Positions 51,644-61,767 of a stretch of 64,000 nucleotides of DNA are shown one piece after another. The stretch spans positions 69,256 through 133,255 of the IMG/VR virus record IMGVR_UViG_3300047444_000753; one strand, given 5' to 3'. The notes beneath the pieces were generated by a model that did not search any database, was not told where the DNA came from, and saw only the letters and a program-made list of their open reading frames with translations. Both the position numbers and the translations under genes were made by a program. This DNA is from a virus. Lineage: Duplodnaviria > Heunggongvirae > Uroviricota > Caudoviricetes. The stretch's first letter is position 1, and the number at the start of each line of letters is the position of its first letter.

Positions 51644-54600
51644 ATGTTTGATCGCAGCGCCGCAGTAAAGCTCCAGCTACGAGATGCCAAAGGCCGATTC
51701 ATCAAGATGGGTTCCCACGTAAAGTGGACATCCCTCTCCAGTGGCAATGATGTTTCCGGCATCGTGCGCGGCGAAGACGGCAACAACGTCATCATCGAAT
51801 TCCAGCATGGCGGAAAGCCGTACACTATCCATGTTCCGCACACCAAGCTCAATGTCATCAACGAGAAGGCATCGCTTGACTCTGCGTACGTGCAGAAGAT
51901 GGGCGGACACGTTGACACCCCGAACGTCAACGACCCCGGCGTAACCCCCGGACACGCACCCAGTGCCCCCGCTGCACCGTCCAGCCCGGGTACACAGGGT
52001 GGCCTGATCAAGAACTTCGCCACGTTCAACACCAACGAGACCACCTATAAGGTTGGCTCCGCTGACGGCGAAAAGATTATGACCCCGGTCTCCGACCTCA
52101 AGCTCGGCGATCAGGTCTTCCCTGTCGCCAAGGCCAGTACGTTCCAGAAGAGCCCCTACAATGCCAAGGGCAATGGGTCCAACACCCTCATCCAGAAGTT
52201 CGGTCCCGGCGTCGGAACCGTCACCAAGATCGACCCTAAGGGCAACTGGGTAGTCATTACAGATGACTCCAAGCCACCCAAGACCTACGCGATCTCCAGC
52301 GGTCACTTTGTCTTCAAGCGTGATGCCAACACCGAGCGGGCCGTCCTCAACGCCCAGAAGATGGAAGCCTCCACCATCTACGCTGGCAAGACTCCGCCGT
52401 CCCTCCCGTGGATCGACGGGCTCAAGACACCCAACGCACCCGAGACTCCGGCCCCCAACGTTCCGGCTGAGCCGAACATGCCAATTTCCGACCACGTCGG
52501 TGTCTCCGACATGCCTGTTGGGTCCCGCATCCCGCTCGGCGGCGAACAGGGCTTCGCCACAAAGACCGGCGACAACAAGTGGGTCAACGAGAAGACCGGC
52601 ACCCAGTTTGACGACAAGTCCGCAGAATACATCCTGAAGACTCCGACCCCGGAGAAGACAGCCGCCGACCCGAACCAGCACGTCGGCCCTGCCCACGCGG
52701 ACCAAGTTGCCAAGGACAAGGCGAGCACCGTGGAGAACCCGCTGGGGGACAACTTCAGCGAGCTCCCACCGATGACCTCCTACCAGAAGGGTGACGTTGC
52801 CCTCCTCAAGGACGGCACCCTCGCACCATGGATCGGCAAGGGCCAGATCACCCTCGAAGACGGCTCCAAGGTCATGGGCAACAAGTTTGCCGTTGACGGC
52901 GTCGGCAAGGGTGTGGCCGGTAAGGACATCGCCAAGTCCTACCGTCCGAAGAGCTTTGTCATCCACTCCCCAAGCGAGAGCCCGTTCGGCCCTGACGCCC
53001 ACGGCTACAGCTTCGATCTCTCCAAGCCCAACAACGAGAACTTCAAGGCCGGAGACCTCGTTGTCTACGGCAAGGAGAACAATCAGGGCAAGATCTTCTC
53101 CGTCAACCCTACGAACATCCTTGTCGAGAAGATGAACTCCGACAAGACCGTCCACGGCACAGCCACCATCGTCGCCGGTCAGGTCCACGGAAAGTACATC
53201 AAGGATAAGTCCTCCTCTGCTGTATCTGCACCGGACAGCAAGCTGGATTCGATCAGCCCCGCCGAGGATCTTACCCCTGCCGAAGAGCAGAAGATCGCGG
53301 ACAGTACGGCACAGAAGCTTGCCGACTTCGCCGAGAGCGTAGACTTCACGGTCTACCCTGCTGGCACATCTTTCTGGGCCAAGGACGGCAACCCGCTGGT
53401 TTCCGCTGCGCTCGAAAAGATGGGCGTGGCCAAGAACAAGCCGACCCTCGTTTCGGATGAGGAATTCGCCAAGCTCAGGGATGAGGGCCACCACGTCATC
53501 TACCGTGGAATCAGTGGCGCAGTTCAGGGCACTACTGCAGAGCAGGCCCAGCAGGACATCATCTCCTCCGACTCTCCGAAGATCGGCAACGGTCTCTACG
53601 GCGGCGGCACATACTTCACAAACAACCCCGATGCTGCCGCGCACTACGGCCACAGCAACGGTGCAGTCTCCACCTACGCCCTGACACCTGACGCCAAGAT
53701 GGTCACGATGGATGACATCGAAAAGATCAGGGACGACATCAAGGCCGAGCTCGGCGACAAGATGACGCCCAAGGTGTCGGCTGCGCTGGATGATGTCGGT
53801 TTTGTCGCAGTGATGTCGGGATTCGATGGCATCTTTGTGCCCGGGGGGAACGGCAACGACAACGGTGCCACGAACTTCTACACCATGCTCAACCGTGGGA
53901 CCATGGCACACACCGAGAACAACATCGTCCCCACCGATAAGTTCACCTTCAAGAATACAGATATGCCATGGGGCAACAAGAAGGAGACGGCCTTCGGCAA
54001 GGCTGTGCCTACCGGCAACCCGGCCCTGAAGAACCCCGAGGCCGCTCCGGCAGAACCGAACGCGCCGAAGCCTCAAGGCAAGGCACCAGCCTTCAAGCAG
54101 ACCCCTGCAGCCCCCGCTGAGGCACCCGCAGAGCCTTCGGCACCTGCCACACCCGACGCACCTGCTGAGCCTGCTATAGCCCCAGAGCCAGCGGCTGAGG
54201 CACCAAAGGCTGATGAGGCCACACCGACCTTCCCAGACAAGGGCAAGACCGGCACGGACAGCGCCGGAAACACCGTCAAGGTCAACGACCAGATCGTCCA
54301 CCCCAAGAAGGGTAAGGGAACGGTCGCCATCGTGCTGCCGTCCACGGACTCGGTCAAGGCGTACTACCCGGACGGCACTTACGCGGTCCACAAGCAGCAC
54401 ACCATCACCAAGGTGGATGCTGAAAAGTCTGCCGCCCCGTCGTCCCTCCCGTCCAACATGGCGGTTGGCGACTCGGGCATGGACCCCGCGACCCACACCA
54501 AGTTCATGGTGGGCAAGAACAACTCCATGCTCCACATCGGTGATAAGGTTACCCACAGTAATGGGGATACCGGAACCATCACCGCCATCTACACAGGGGA

Positions 54601-57600
54601 GAAGAACAAGACCGCCAGTGTCCTGTGGAGCGACGGCACAAAGTCCACCAAGAAGGCATCCGTCCTAGAGTCCGAGCACAAGCTGCCCGACGCTTCCGGA
54701 AACGCTCCGGAGGCCTCCAAGGCGGGCGAAGCTCCCGCCGAATCTGCCGGAAGCCCCGAGGGGAAGACGCTCTCCGAATTTGGCAAGGACAAGCTCTCCC
54801 AGCTTCCGGTCGGAACTGAGCTCAAGCACGACGGCTCTAACATCACCATACGCAAAATGGGTGAAGACCAGTGGCACGCGTTCTACAACGGACAGAAGAT
54901 GGAGAACGCTCCGGAGCTGTCCAATGATGACTTCAAGGGATTCCCGGACGCCAAGGCCGACAAGTACGCCATCTCGCTGCCAAGTGCAGCAGATGCGTCC
55001 GCTGCGGCACCAGTAGCCAAGCCGGATGCAGTGCCATACACACCTGCCCACGAGAAGGCACTGGTTGACTTCAAGGCCAACCAGATCGCCATCGGACAGC
55101 ACCTGCGTGGCAACGGTGAGGGTTCCACGGAGAACGCCGGACCTATCATCTACGCCATGGATGACCTGCTCAAGGACTCCACCCTCAAGGAAGCCGCCAC
55201 TGTCTGGCGCGGCTTCACCTACAAGGATTCAATCGATCCGCACGCCACGAAGCTCGGGGACACCTTCGCCCCCGGCGTCATCTTCCGTGACAAGTCGTTC
55301 ATCTCCACCTCCCATGACCAGAACGTCGCCCTCCAGTCCATGGAGAACGAGGATGGTCACAAGGTCCTCGTCAAGTTCGACCTGCCTGCCGGATACCACG
55401 CACACGATGTCAACTACGACGGTATCTCCGACGAGGCAATCAAGGGCCAGAGCCACGAGCAGGAAATGCTCCTGCCCCGCAACATGGACTTCATCATCAC
55501 GGGCGTGGACAAGGGTACGGATGTCAACGGCAACCCCATCACCCACCTGTCCGTCACTGGCGTGCTCATGGATCCTGCGGACGGCCAGATCAGCAAGGGC
55601 ATGGTCGAGGTCAACCCCGACACTGGTGTTGCCGACAAGCCGTTCCAGATCCTCGCGGACTCCGGAGCTGACGGCGACGGCTACCACCCTAGCGGCTCTT
55701 GGGGCCTCTTCGGTGCCGCAGGTGTCATGGTTGAAGCCAACGACCCGAACACGGGCGAAAAGCGATACCTTATCGTAGAAAACGGTGCGCTTCACGAGAA
55801 GAAGAATCAGGGTCTCTGGCAGCTTCCGGGCGGTGCCCTCAACGGGTCCGAAAACGCCTACCAAGGCGCTGCCCGCGAGATGCACGAAGAGCTGGATGTC
55901 CACCCGGACACCCTTGCCAACTTCTCCCACGCCGGAGACGTGGTCTACTCCAACCAGCAAGAGGGTGCCAAGGAGTGGAAGTACACCAACATTGCTGCCG
56001 TCCACGACGGGCCGACCTTCGATGTAAAGATCGACGTCATCGAGACCTCCGACCACAAGTGGGTCACCGCTGATGAACTGAAGCAGATGGGTGCTGACGG
56101 TAAGCTCCTGCCTGCCTTCGCGGCCAACGTAGACAAGCTTCTGGATGTCTACGGGAAGAACAACGGTACCGACACCAAGACGCTGGACATCAAGAACTTC
56201 GAAAAGGTCTCCGGCCCAATGGGCTCCAACTCCGGTGGCACATACACCGATAAGGCCACGGGCGAGAAGTACTACATCAAGTTCGGCATGTCAGAGGACC
56301 ATGCCCACAACGAGATTCTGGCCTCGAAGATCTATCAGGCCATGGGCGTCAATTCGTCGCACCAAGAGCCCGTCAATATGGGCAACGGCAAGCTTGGCAT
56401 CGCATCCAAGATCATTGAATCCGATGACAGCCACACCTTCTCCAACCTTGAGAACCCCGAGTACCTGAAGAAGATTCAGGACGACTTCGCTGTAGATGCC
56501 CTGCTCGCCAACTGGGACGTCGCAGGCATGGGCTATGACAACATCATCACCGATAAGAACGGTGACCCGGTTCGTGTCGATCCCGGCGCAGCACTGCGCT
56601 ACCGCGCACAGGGATCCCCGAAGTCCAAGTTCGACGGCACCGCCGATGAGTGGGACTTCCTGCGCGACGGGTCCAACCACGAGTCCTCTGGCCTGATCTA
56701 CAACAAGAAGCTGTTCGGCTCCATGAGCAACCAGCAGCTGATCGACTCCGCTGACAAGCTCAACGGGTTGACAGATGACAAGATCGATAGTATCGTAGAC
56801 TCTGTAGGGTTTGATAAAAAGGACAGCGAGTTCTTCAAGCAGACCCTGAAGGAACGCCGAGATGATATTCTCAAGCGTGCCTCACTACTAAACGACCCAA
56901 CAAAGAAGGATGACAATGGACAACATCAAGAAGGATCCGGAGACTCCGGACACAACGACGCCAAAGCTGGATCCGAAGAGGGCCAGCCTGTACAGCTGGA
57001 CTCCGGATCAGGTGCAGATCATGGTGCCGCCCAAGCCGGAGAAATAGCCCCGAAGGTCGGGGACCAGCTTACTCTCAAGCAGCTCGACAAACTTCCTACG
57101 GGAAGTGTTGTCCAGTACGGAGAGAGTGGTGCGCCTCTCGAACTGACCAAGAACGGCGACTGGGAGCTCCCGGACGGCAAGGTACTGGAATACGACTATG
57201 TCCGGGACCTCTACGACGACGGCGACCTCACCCTCACGCACTTCCCGTCTGCCCCGCAGGCCGGGAAGCTTGCAGTCGGCGACAAGATCAAGGGTGCCGA
57301 CATCCGCCAGCTCCCTGTCGGCTCCAAGCTGTCACAGGGTTCGATGCACTATGTCAAAAAAGAAGACGGTACTTGGAGCCAGAACGGCACCTCCGTCAAG
57401 ATCAATAACCAGCAGCTGGCTGATTTCTATGACAACGGTCTGAACCTTGACGCAATCGGGGCTCCTACCGAGGAGTCACCTGCTGCCGCTGCGGGCCACA
57501 AGGTCGGGGATCAGGTTGGCAGCATGGATACCCCTGACCTGCCAGTGGGCACCAAGATCAAGAGCAAGTACGGATCCGAGTACACCAAGAAGGCCGCTAA

Positions 57601-60600
57601 CCACTGGGTCTCCAAGACCGGGATGGAGTATAGCGACCACGACTTCTCCGACGATCCCGACTACGTCGTTGACTCCCTTCCCGCGATGGCCACCACTACA
57701 GGTGACAACGGTCTTGCTGCTGGCGACATCATCGACATGCAGAAGCTTGATAAGCTGCCTATCGGCGGTGTCATCGAAACTTCTAACGGCCTGAAATTCA
57801 CCAAGGACACAGAAAATTACTGGTCATCCAACGGAGTATCAGGGTGGGCTACCAGCAGCCTCTCGCATGCCAACAAGGGCGAATCCGCTGTCAAGGTCAT
57901 CAGCGTCCCTGACACAGCCAGCTCCGCCCCCGGATCTGATCCGATGGTCGGAAAGAGGCTGGGATCAGACGGCGTACCCAAGGCTGCGGATCTACCAGTA
58001 GGTACCGTAATCAAGGGAGAGTCCTCCACATATACCAAGATGGCCGATGGTGCAGGTAATGGCACTGGTATGTGGAAGAACGACTCAGGAAACCTTGTAC
58101 ACGAGGGCACACTCGATTACTGGGCAGAAGGCGGTAACTCCAATTTGGAGATTACCTCGATGGGATCTGCAAATGGTGTGGCAGATAGTGGTCCTAAGGT
58201 TGCCAAGTTCAGCGACCTCAACTCTTACGCGCCCGGAACTGTGCTCAGCCCGGGTGGCAGCGCCAAGCTCATCAAGCAGGCGGACGGTGGCTGGAAGTCT
58301 ACCTTCAGCGGCTCAGTATTCTCTACTCAGCAGGTGAAGGATAGCTACAATGAGGGTGACCTTACCATTGACTCTACACCTGACCACAAGGTTGGTGATA
58401 GCGTCTCTAGCGCTAACCTTGGGACACTTCCGGTAGGTACTGAGCTAGAGAATGGGTCCGGGGTCCTGTTGAGCAAGACAGCACACGACGAATGGACTTC
58501 TGAGTTCGGAACACCATACAGCGACAGTGAGCTGCAGGGTGCGCAGTCCAGCTACAAGATTTCTACCGTTGCGGAGGCTCAGGCTCCGGGTCAGGCTGAA
58601 GAGGATCCTATCGGACCTGAAGCTGCTTCATCGACTCCGTCAGTTCCGGGAAAGAACGGCGAAGCCATCAGCGTGGGCGACAACATTATCTGGCAGACAA
58701 AGGGTACCCCCGGCGTTGTAGCGGACATCAATGTTGAATCTGGTAAGGTCCAGATGCAGTTTGAGGATGGGACCAAGAAGTGGTACCAGTCTTCCAAGAT
58801 GGTCAAGCAGGCCGTAACTGCTCCGGCATATCAGGCCCCCGTTATCAAGAAGAAGGAGGCTGACCCGTCAAGCCCGCTCTATGGCCAGCCTAAGCCTGAG
58901 ATGCCTAAGGAGCTCGACGCTCCACAGGCCGAGACCTTCCTGCCTGATGGATTCATCGAGGAGATCGAGCAGCGCTATGCCGCAAAGATCAACCCTTCGT
59001 GGTCCAAGAGCTCCCCACAGGAGTCTTTCTACTGGTCAAAGGTTACCGAGTTCCAGAATACTGGGGATCTCTCAGCACTGAAGACGCTTCATGAGAAGAA
59101 GTACATCAGTGATGCGATGTTCATCAAGGCTGAGGACCGCATTGATGAATTTGCCAAGAAGAAGAAAGCTTTGGACGCTGAAAAAGCCAAGGCAGCCTCT
59201 GACTACGCGATTCAGCTAAAGGCATGGAACGATGCCAACGGTATCTCCACTACATCCGGATTCGAGGACCACTTCCCGGAACCGGCAACTGCAGCCGATG
59301 AATGGACCAAGGAAAACGGGTTTGTCACTATGCCCGATGGTTCAGTCATTGCTGACTGGTCCAAGGCAACAGAGGGAAGCCACTCGGTAGCCTCCATCCT
59401 CGACTCCATGGGCAAGGATGATGCGCTGGCGGGCCACGGAATGTCCGCCATGGTTGACTCGGACTGGATCCGAGACAACAATGTCCGCTTCACCAAAGTC
59501 GTGGACGATAACGGTGTGGCCAGACTACAGGCTCGTTTTGAAGTGTCCGAGTTCCACAAGAAGGATGTCGTCGCGAACATGGGGACAGCGGACAGCTACG
59601 GATTCCAAGCAGGGTTCTTCGGCAAGGCGTCCAACAAGCTGTTCAGCATCTTCTCAAAGAAGACCAAGGGATTCGATAATGTTAGTGGCAAGACCTACGA
59701 TAAGAAGGTTGGAAACACTGACATCAAGTTCCAGTCAGCACAGTCTGGTGGCGCGGGTAATAACCGAAGTGCTCTTTCGGCAGCTGCATACATCACTCTT
59801 CCGGAAAACGGAACCATACAGGATTTCGAAGCAGCTTTGAAGTCCATGGGTATTACTGATGCTCACCCGTCCCCGAAGGAGTCTGTGGACTTCAGTAAGA
59901 AGAAGCAGCTTGTCTCAACCTTCAAGGGATTTGTTGGTGAGGGTAATACAATGTACGAGCAGAATCCGGCTCTTCTTGATACCCACGTCAATAGTGTCTT
60001 GGCTGATCTTGGATACAACATTGAAGATTTCAAGCTTCTCCACACCGAGCTTGGCTTCTACCAGTACCGGGTACCAAGCAAGCTTCGTGACAAGCTGGCT
60101 GCAGAGAGTGGCGTCAAAGCCTACTCCCACGGCAACATCGACTTCCTCAATGAGACCCACCACAGCAAGTATGAGTATGCTGAGGATGGCACCAAGGTAA
60201 GCAGCCTCAATAAGTGGAAGTTCGACCCGAACAGCCCGCTACGTTCCGTTGCCCGTTTCGCTGGGGCTGCCAAGGGATACCTTTCCACAGGCCGTCGTAT
60301 CCAAGAGGGCGACAACTCGGTCGGAATGTCGCCGGACGCGGACATCCGCTCCGGAGGTGCCCGCTACCTCTTCACTACACCAAGGAAGAATAGCGGCTGG
60401 ATCCACGATCTCGGATACCCTTCGGGAACTGTCCTACACCCGACCCTTGCCTACCAGTACCTAGGAAACTACGCCAACCACGAGGATAACGGTGACGGCA
60501 GCCGCTACGAGGGCAATGTGCTACATGACACACTGTCCGGGTACTTCGGCAGCAGTCCGGAGATGATGGTCCTCAATGGTGTCTCTGTCAAGGATACTTG

Positions 60601-60763
60601 GTTCTCCTTCACCAACTCCGAGCAGAAGCCGTTCCTCATCGACCAGCTACACGCTGCAGGTGTGGATGCAATCAACGGGATTCCCGTTGAGCAGTACTTC
60701 GTAATCCCCGGAGTAGACCAGATCCCTGACTGGATCGACCCGCACGCAAATGATGGACCGTGA
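51644..60763 (+). CDS. 3039-aa multidomain head-associated (polyvalent) protein: ART-like, VIP2-type ART, Nudix, kinase-like, repeats
   Basis: Continuous ORF after portal. YRG...GLYGGGTYF (about 53.5 kb); VWRG/FISTS/EQEMLL (55.2-55.5 kb); Nudix box GALNGSENAYQGAAREMHEELDV (55.8 kb); YIKF...ANWD...DN...VDPG (56.3-56.6 kb). Confidence 0.85.
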   Translation: MFDRSAAVKLQLRDAKGRFIKMGSHVKWTSLSSGNDVSGIVRGEDGNNVIIEFQHGGKPYTIHVPHTKLNVINEKASLDSAYVQKMGGHVDTPNVNDPGVTPGHAPSAPAAPSSPGTQGGLIKNFATFNTNETTYKVGSADGEKIMTPVSDLKLGDQVFPVAKASTFQKSPYNAKGNGSNTLIQKFGPGVGTVTKIDPKGNWVVITDDSKPPKTYAISSGHFVFKRDANTERAVLNAQKMEASTIYAGKTPPSLPWIDGLKTPNAPETPAPNVPAEPNMPISDHVGVSDMPVGSRIPLGGEQGFATKTGDNKWVNEKTGTQFDDKSAEYILKTPTPEKTAADPNQHVGPAHADQVAKDKASTVENPLGDNFSELPPMTSYQKGDVALLKDGTLAPWIGKGQITLEDGSKVMGNKFAVDGVGKGVAGKDIAKSYRPKSFVIHSPSESPFGPDAHGYSFDLSKPNNENFKAGDLVVYGKENNQGKIFSVNPTNILVEKMNSDKTVHGTATIVAGQVHGKYIKDKSSSAVSAPDSKLDSISPAEDLTPAEEQKIADSTAQKLADFAESVDFTVYPAGTSFWAKDGNPLVSAALEKMGVAKNKPTLVSDEEFAKLRDEGHHVIYRGISGAVQGTTAEQAQQDIISSDSPKIGNGLYGGGTYFTNNPDAAAHYGHSNGAVSTYALTPDAKMVTMDDIEKIRDDIKAELGDKMTPKVSAALDDVGFVAVMSGFDGIFVPGGNGNDNGATNFYTMLNRGTMAHTENNIVPTDKFTFKNTDMPWGNKKETAFGKAVPTGNPALKNPEAAPAEPNAPKPQGKAPAFKQTPAAPAEAPAEPSAPATPDAPAEPAIAPEPAAEAPKADEATPTFPDKGKTGTDSAGNTVKVNDQIVHPKKGKGTVAIVLPSTDSVKAYYPDGTYAVHKQHTITKVDAEKSAAPSSLPSNMAVGDSGMDPATHTKFMVGKNNSMLHIGDKVTHSNGDTGTITAIYTGEKNKTASVLWSDGTKSTKKASVLESEHKLPDASGNAPEASKAGEAPAESAGSPEGKTLSEFGKDKLSQLPVGTELKHDGSNITIRKMGEDQWHAFYNGQKMENAPELSNDDFKGFPDAKADKYAISLPSAADASAAAPVAKPDAVPYTPAHEKALVDFKANQIAIGQHLRGNGEGSTENAGPIIYAMDDLLKDSTLKEAATVWRGFTYKDSIDPHATKLGDTFAPGVIFRDKSFISTSHDQNVALQSMENEDGHKVLVKFDLPAGYHAHDVNYDGISDEAIKGQSHEQEMLLPRNMDFIITGVDKGTDVNGNPITHLSVTGVLMDPADGQISKGMVEVNPDTGVADKPFQILADSGADGDGYHPSGSWGLFGAAGVMVEANDPNTGEKRYLIVENGALHEKKNQGLWQLPGGALNGSENAYQGAAREMHEELDVHPDTLANFSHAGDVVYSNQQEGAKEWKYTNIAAVHDGPTFDVKIDVIETSDHKWVTADELKQMGADGKLLPAFAANVDKLLDVYGKNNGTDTKTLDIKNFEKVSGPMGSNSGGTYTDKATGEKYYIKFGMSEDHAHNEILASKIYQAMGVNSSHQEPVNMGNGKLGIASKIIESDDSHTFSNLENPEYLKKIQDDFAVDALLANWDVAGMGYDNIITDKNGDPVRVDPGAALRYRAQGSPKSKFDGTADEWDFLRDGSNHESSGLIYNKKLFGSMSNQQLIDSADKLNGLTDDKIDSIVDSVGFDKKDSEFFKQTLKERRDDILKRASLLNDPTKKDDNGQHQEGSGDSGHNDAKAGSEEGQPVQLDSGSGADHGAAQAGEIAPKVGDQLTLKQLDKLPTGSVVQYGESGAPLELTKNGDWELPDGKVLEYDYVRDLYDDGDLTLTHFPSAPQAGKLAVGDKIKGADIRQLPVGSKLSQGSMHYVKKEDGTWSQNGTSVKINNQQLADFYDNGLNLDAIGAPTEESPAAAAGHKVGDQVGSMDTPDLPVGTKIKSKYGSEYTKKAANHWVSKTGMEYSDHDFSDDPDYVVDSLPAMATTTGDNGLAAGDIIDMQKLDKLPIGGVIETSNGLKFTKDTENYWSSNGVSGWATSSLSHANKGESAVKVISVPDTASSAPGSDPMVGKRLGSDGVPKAADLPVGTVIKGESSTYTKMADGAGNGTGMWKNDSGNLVHEGTLDYWAEGGNSNLEITSMGSANGVADSGPKVAKFSDLNSYAPGTVLSPGGSAKLIKQADGGWKSTFSGSVFSTQQVKDSYNEGDLTIDSTPDHKVGDSVSSANLGTLPVGTELENGSGVLLSKTAHDEWTSEFGTPYSDSELQGAQSSYKISTVAEAQAPGQAEEDPIGPEAASSTPSVPGKNGEAISVGDNIIWQTKGTPGVVADINVESGKVQMQFEDGTKKWYQSSKMVKQAVTAPAYQAPVIKKKEADPSSPLYGQPKPEMPKELDAPQAETFLPDGFIEEIEQRYAAKINPSWSKSSPQESFYWSKVTEFQNTGDLSALKTLHEKKYISDAMFIKAEDRIDEFAKKKKALDAEKAKAASDYAIQLKAWNDANGISTTSGFEDHFPEPATAADEWTKENGFVTMPDGSVIADWSKATEGSHSVASILDSMGKDDALAGHGMSAMVDSDWIRDNNVRFTKVVDDNGVARLQARFEVSEFHKKDVVANMGTADSYGFQAGFFGKASNKLFSIFSKKTKGFDNVSGKTYDKKVGNTDIKFQSAQSGGAGNNRSALSAAAYITLPENGTIQDFEAALKSMGITDAHPSPKESVDFSKKKQLVSTFKGFVGEGNTMYEQNPALLDTHVNSVLADLGYNIEDFKLLHTELGFYQYRVPSKLRDKLAAESGVKAYSHGNIDFLNETHHSKYEYAEDGTKVSSLNKWKFDPNSPLRSVARFAGAAKGYLSTGRRIQEGDNSVGMSPDADIRSGGARYLFTTPRKNSGWIHDLGYPSGTVLHPTLAYQYLGNYANHEDNGDGSRYEGNVLHDTLSGYFGSSPEMMVLNGVSVKDTWFSFTNSEQKPFLIDQLHAAGVDAINGIPVEQYFVIPGVDQIPDWIDPHANDGP

Positions 60764-60776
60764 TATAGTGGATAGT

Positions 60777-61430
60777 ATGGATGATGCAAAAGATACGTTT
60801 GATGTTCTGGCAGATATCTCTCTGCCAGAGCTTCAACACACCCAAGTCAATTCTAATATAGCAGACGGACCATTTGCTGTTGAATATGGCAAAGACCTGC
60901 TCTCTTTGGGTGCACAACTCGACATCCTCCCGACCGGGATGATCTCTTTCCTCCTTGCGAACAAGATGAAGTTCATTCCGAAAGGTACTCCGGTCAGCGT
61001 AGACACTGCTCGCCAGACCATCACCTTCGGCAGCAACAAGGGCATGGTCTACCGGATCCGTCCGCTAACCACGGGTGACCAGAAGCACTTCTACCCAAAC
61101 CTCAGCTTCGCCGACCTAGACGAGTTCAAGGATTTTGTCGCGGCCAAGGCGTGGTCAATCTTGGGGGACACCTCTGATCCGACAACGTACGGACTGACCT
61201 CGGAGGACGGTAACGTTCTTGGGATTTTCCGGCAGACCAGCCAAGGATTCTTTAGGCGCGAAAAAGGACGCTGGGTCAAGCTCAACAAGGACGAGGCCAG
61301 CGACTGGGACGATGTTGACGACAAACTCTGGTCACCTGTACTTAGCGGCGCAATCGGGGTCTATGATAAGGCCATCACATCATCCGATAGCATTGCTCTT
61401 GACCTTTTCACCCCTTACATCGTCTCCTAG
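60777..61430 (+). CDS. hypothetical head-region protein
   Basis: Extended -10 TGATATAGT then ATG 60777; alternative start 60750. Confidence 0.75.
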   Translation: MDDAKDTFDVLADISLPELQHTQVNSNIADGPFAVEYGKDLLSLGAQLDILPTGMISFLLANKMKFIPKGTPVSVDTARQTITFGSNKGMVYRIRPLTTGDQKHFYPNLSFADLDEFKDFVAAKAWSILGDTSDPTTYGLTSEDGNVLGIFRQTSQGFFRREKGRWVKLNKDEASDWDDVDDKLWSPVLSGAIGVYDKAITSSDSIALDLFTPYIVS

Positions 61431-61436
61431 GAAATA

Positions 61437-61706
61437 ATGCCAGAATCCAAATCAAAAGACTCACTGTCGTTCACGTTCAGCGACGACGATCATGTGCTCG
61501 CCCTCACCCGAATCACGGATGACGGGTCCCTCTTCACACGACGAGCAGACCACTGGGTTCCCGTCACGGACAATGATCGCGGGGTCTATGATCGGACCAT
61601 GCGTGACATTTCTCCCGAACATTATAAAGATGCTCTATCACAATTTGATGCAGATCCTGCTGGTCTGACTAAGGATGATATTCTAGCATTTCTCGCTGCT
61701 GTATAG
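61437..61706 (+). CDS. hypothetical head-region protein
   Basis: AGGA RBS; FTRRADHWV similar to FRREKGRWV of previous gene. Confidence 0.75.
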   Translation: MPESKSKDSLSFTFSDDDHVLALTRITDDGSLFTRRADHWVPVTDNDRGVYDRTMRDISPEHYKDALSQFDADPAGLTKDDILAFLAAV

Positions 61707-61767
61707 TAGTGTATGCTATACTTGGTGTGAAACAGTACAGTAGTTTTACACCATTGATAGGTTGCAC

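Noticed and set aside
51677-54556. 959-aa minus-strand ORF and other long antisense ORFs (e.g. 40313-41287, 46165-47259)
   Set aside because: Shadow frames of real + strand genes caused by C-ending codon bias; no RBS, promoter or motifs.
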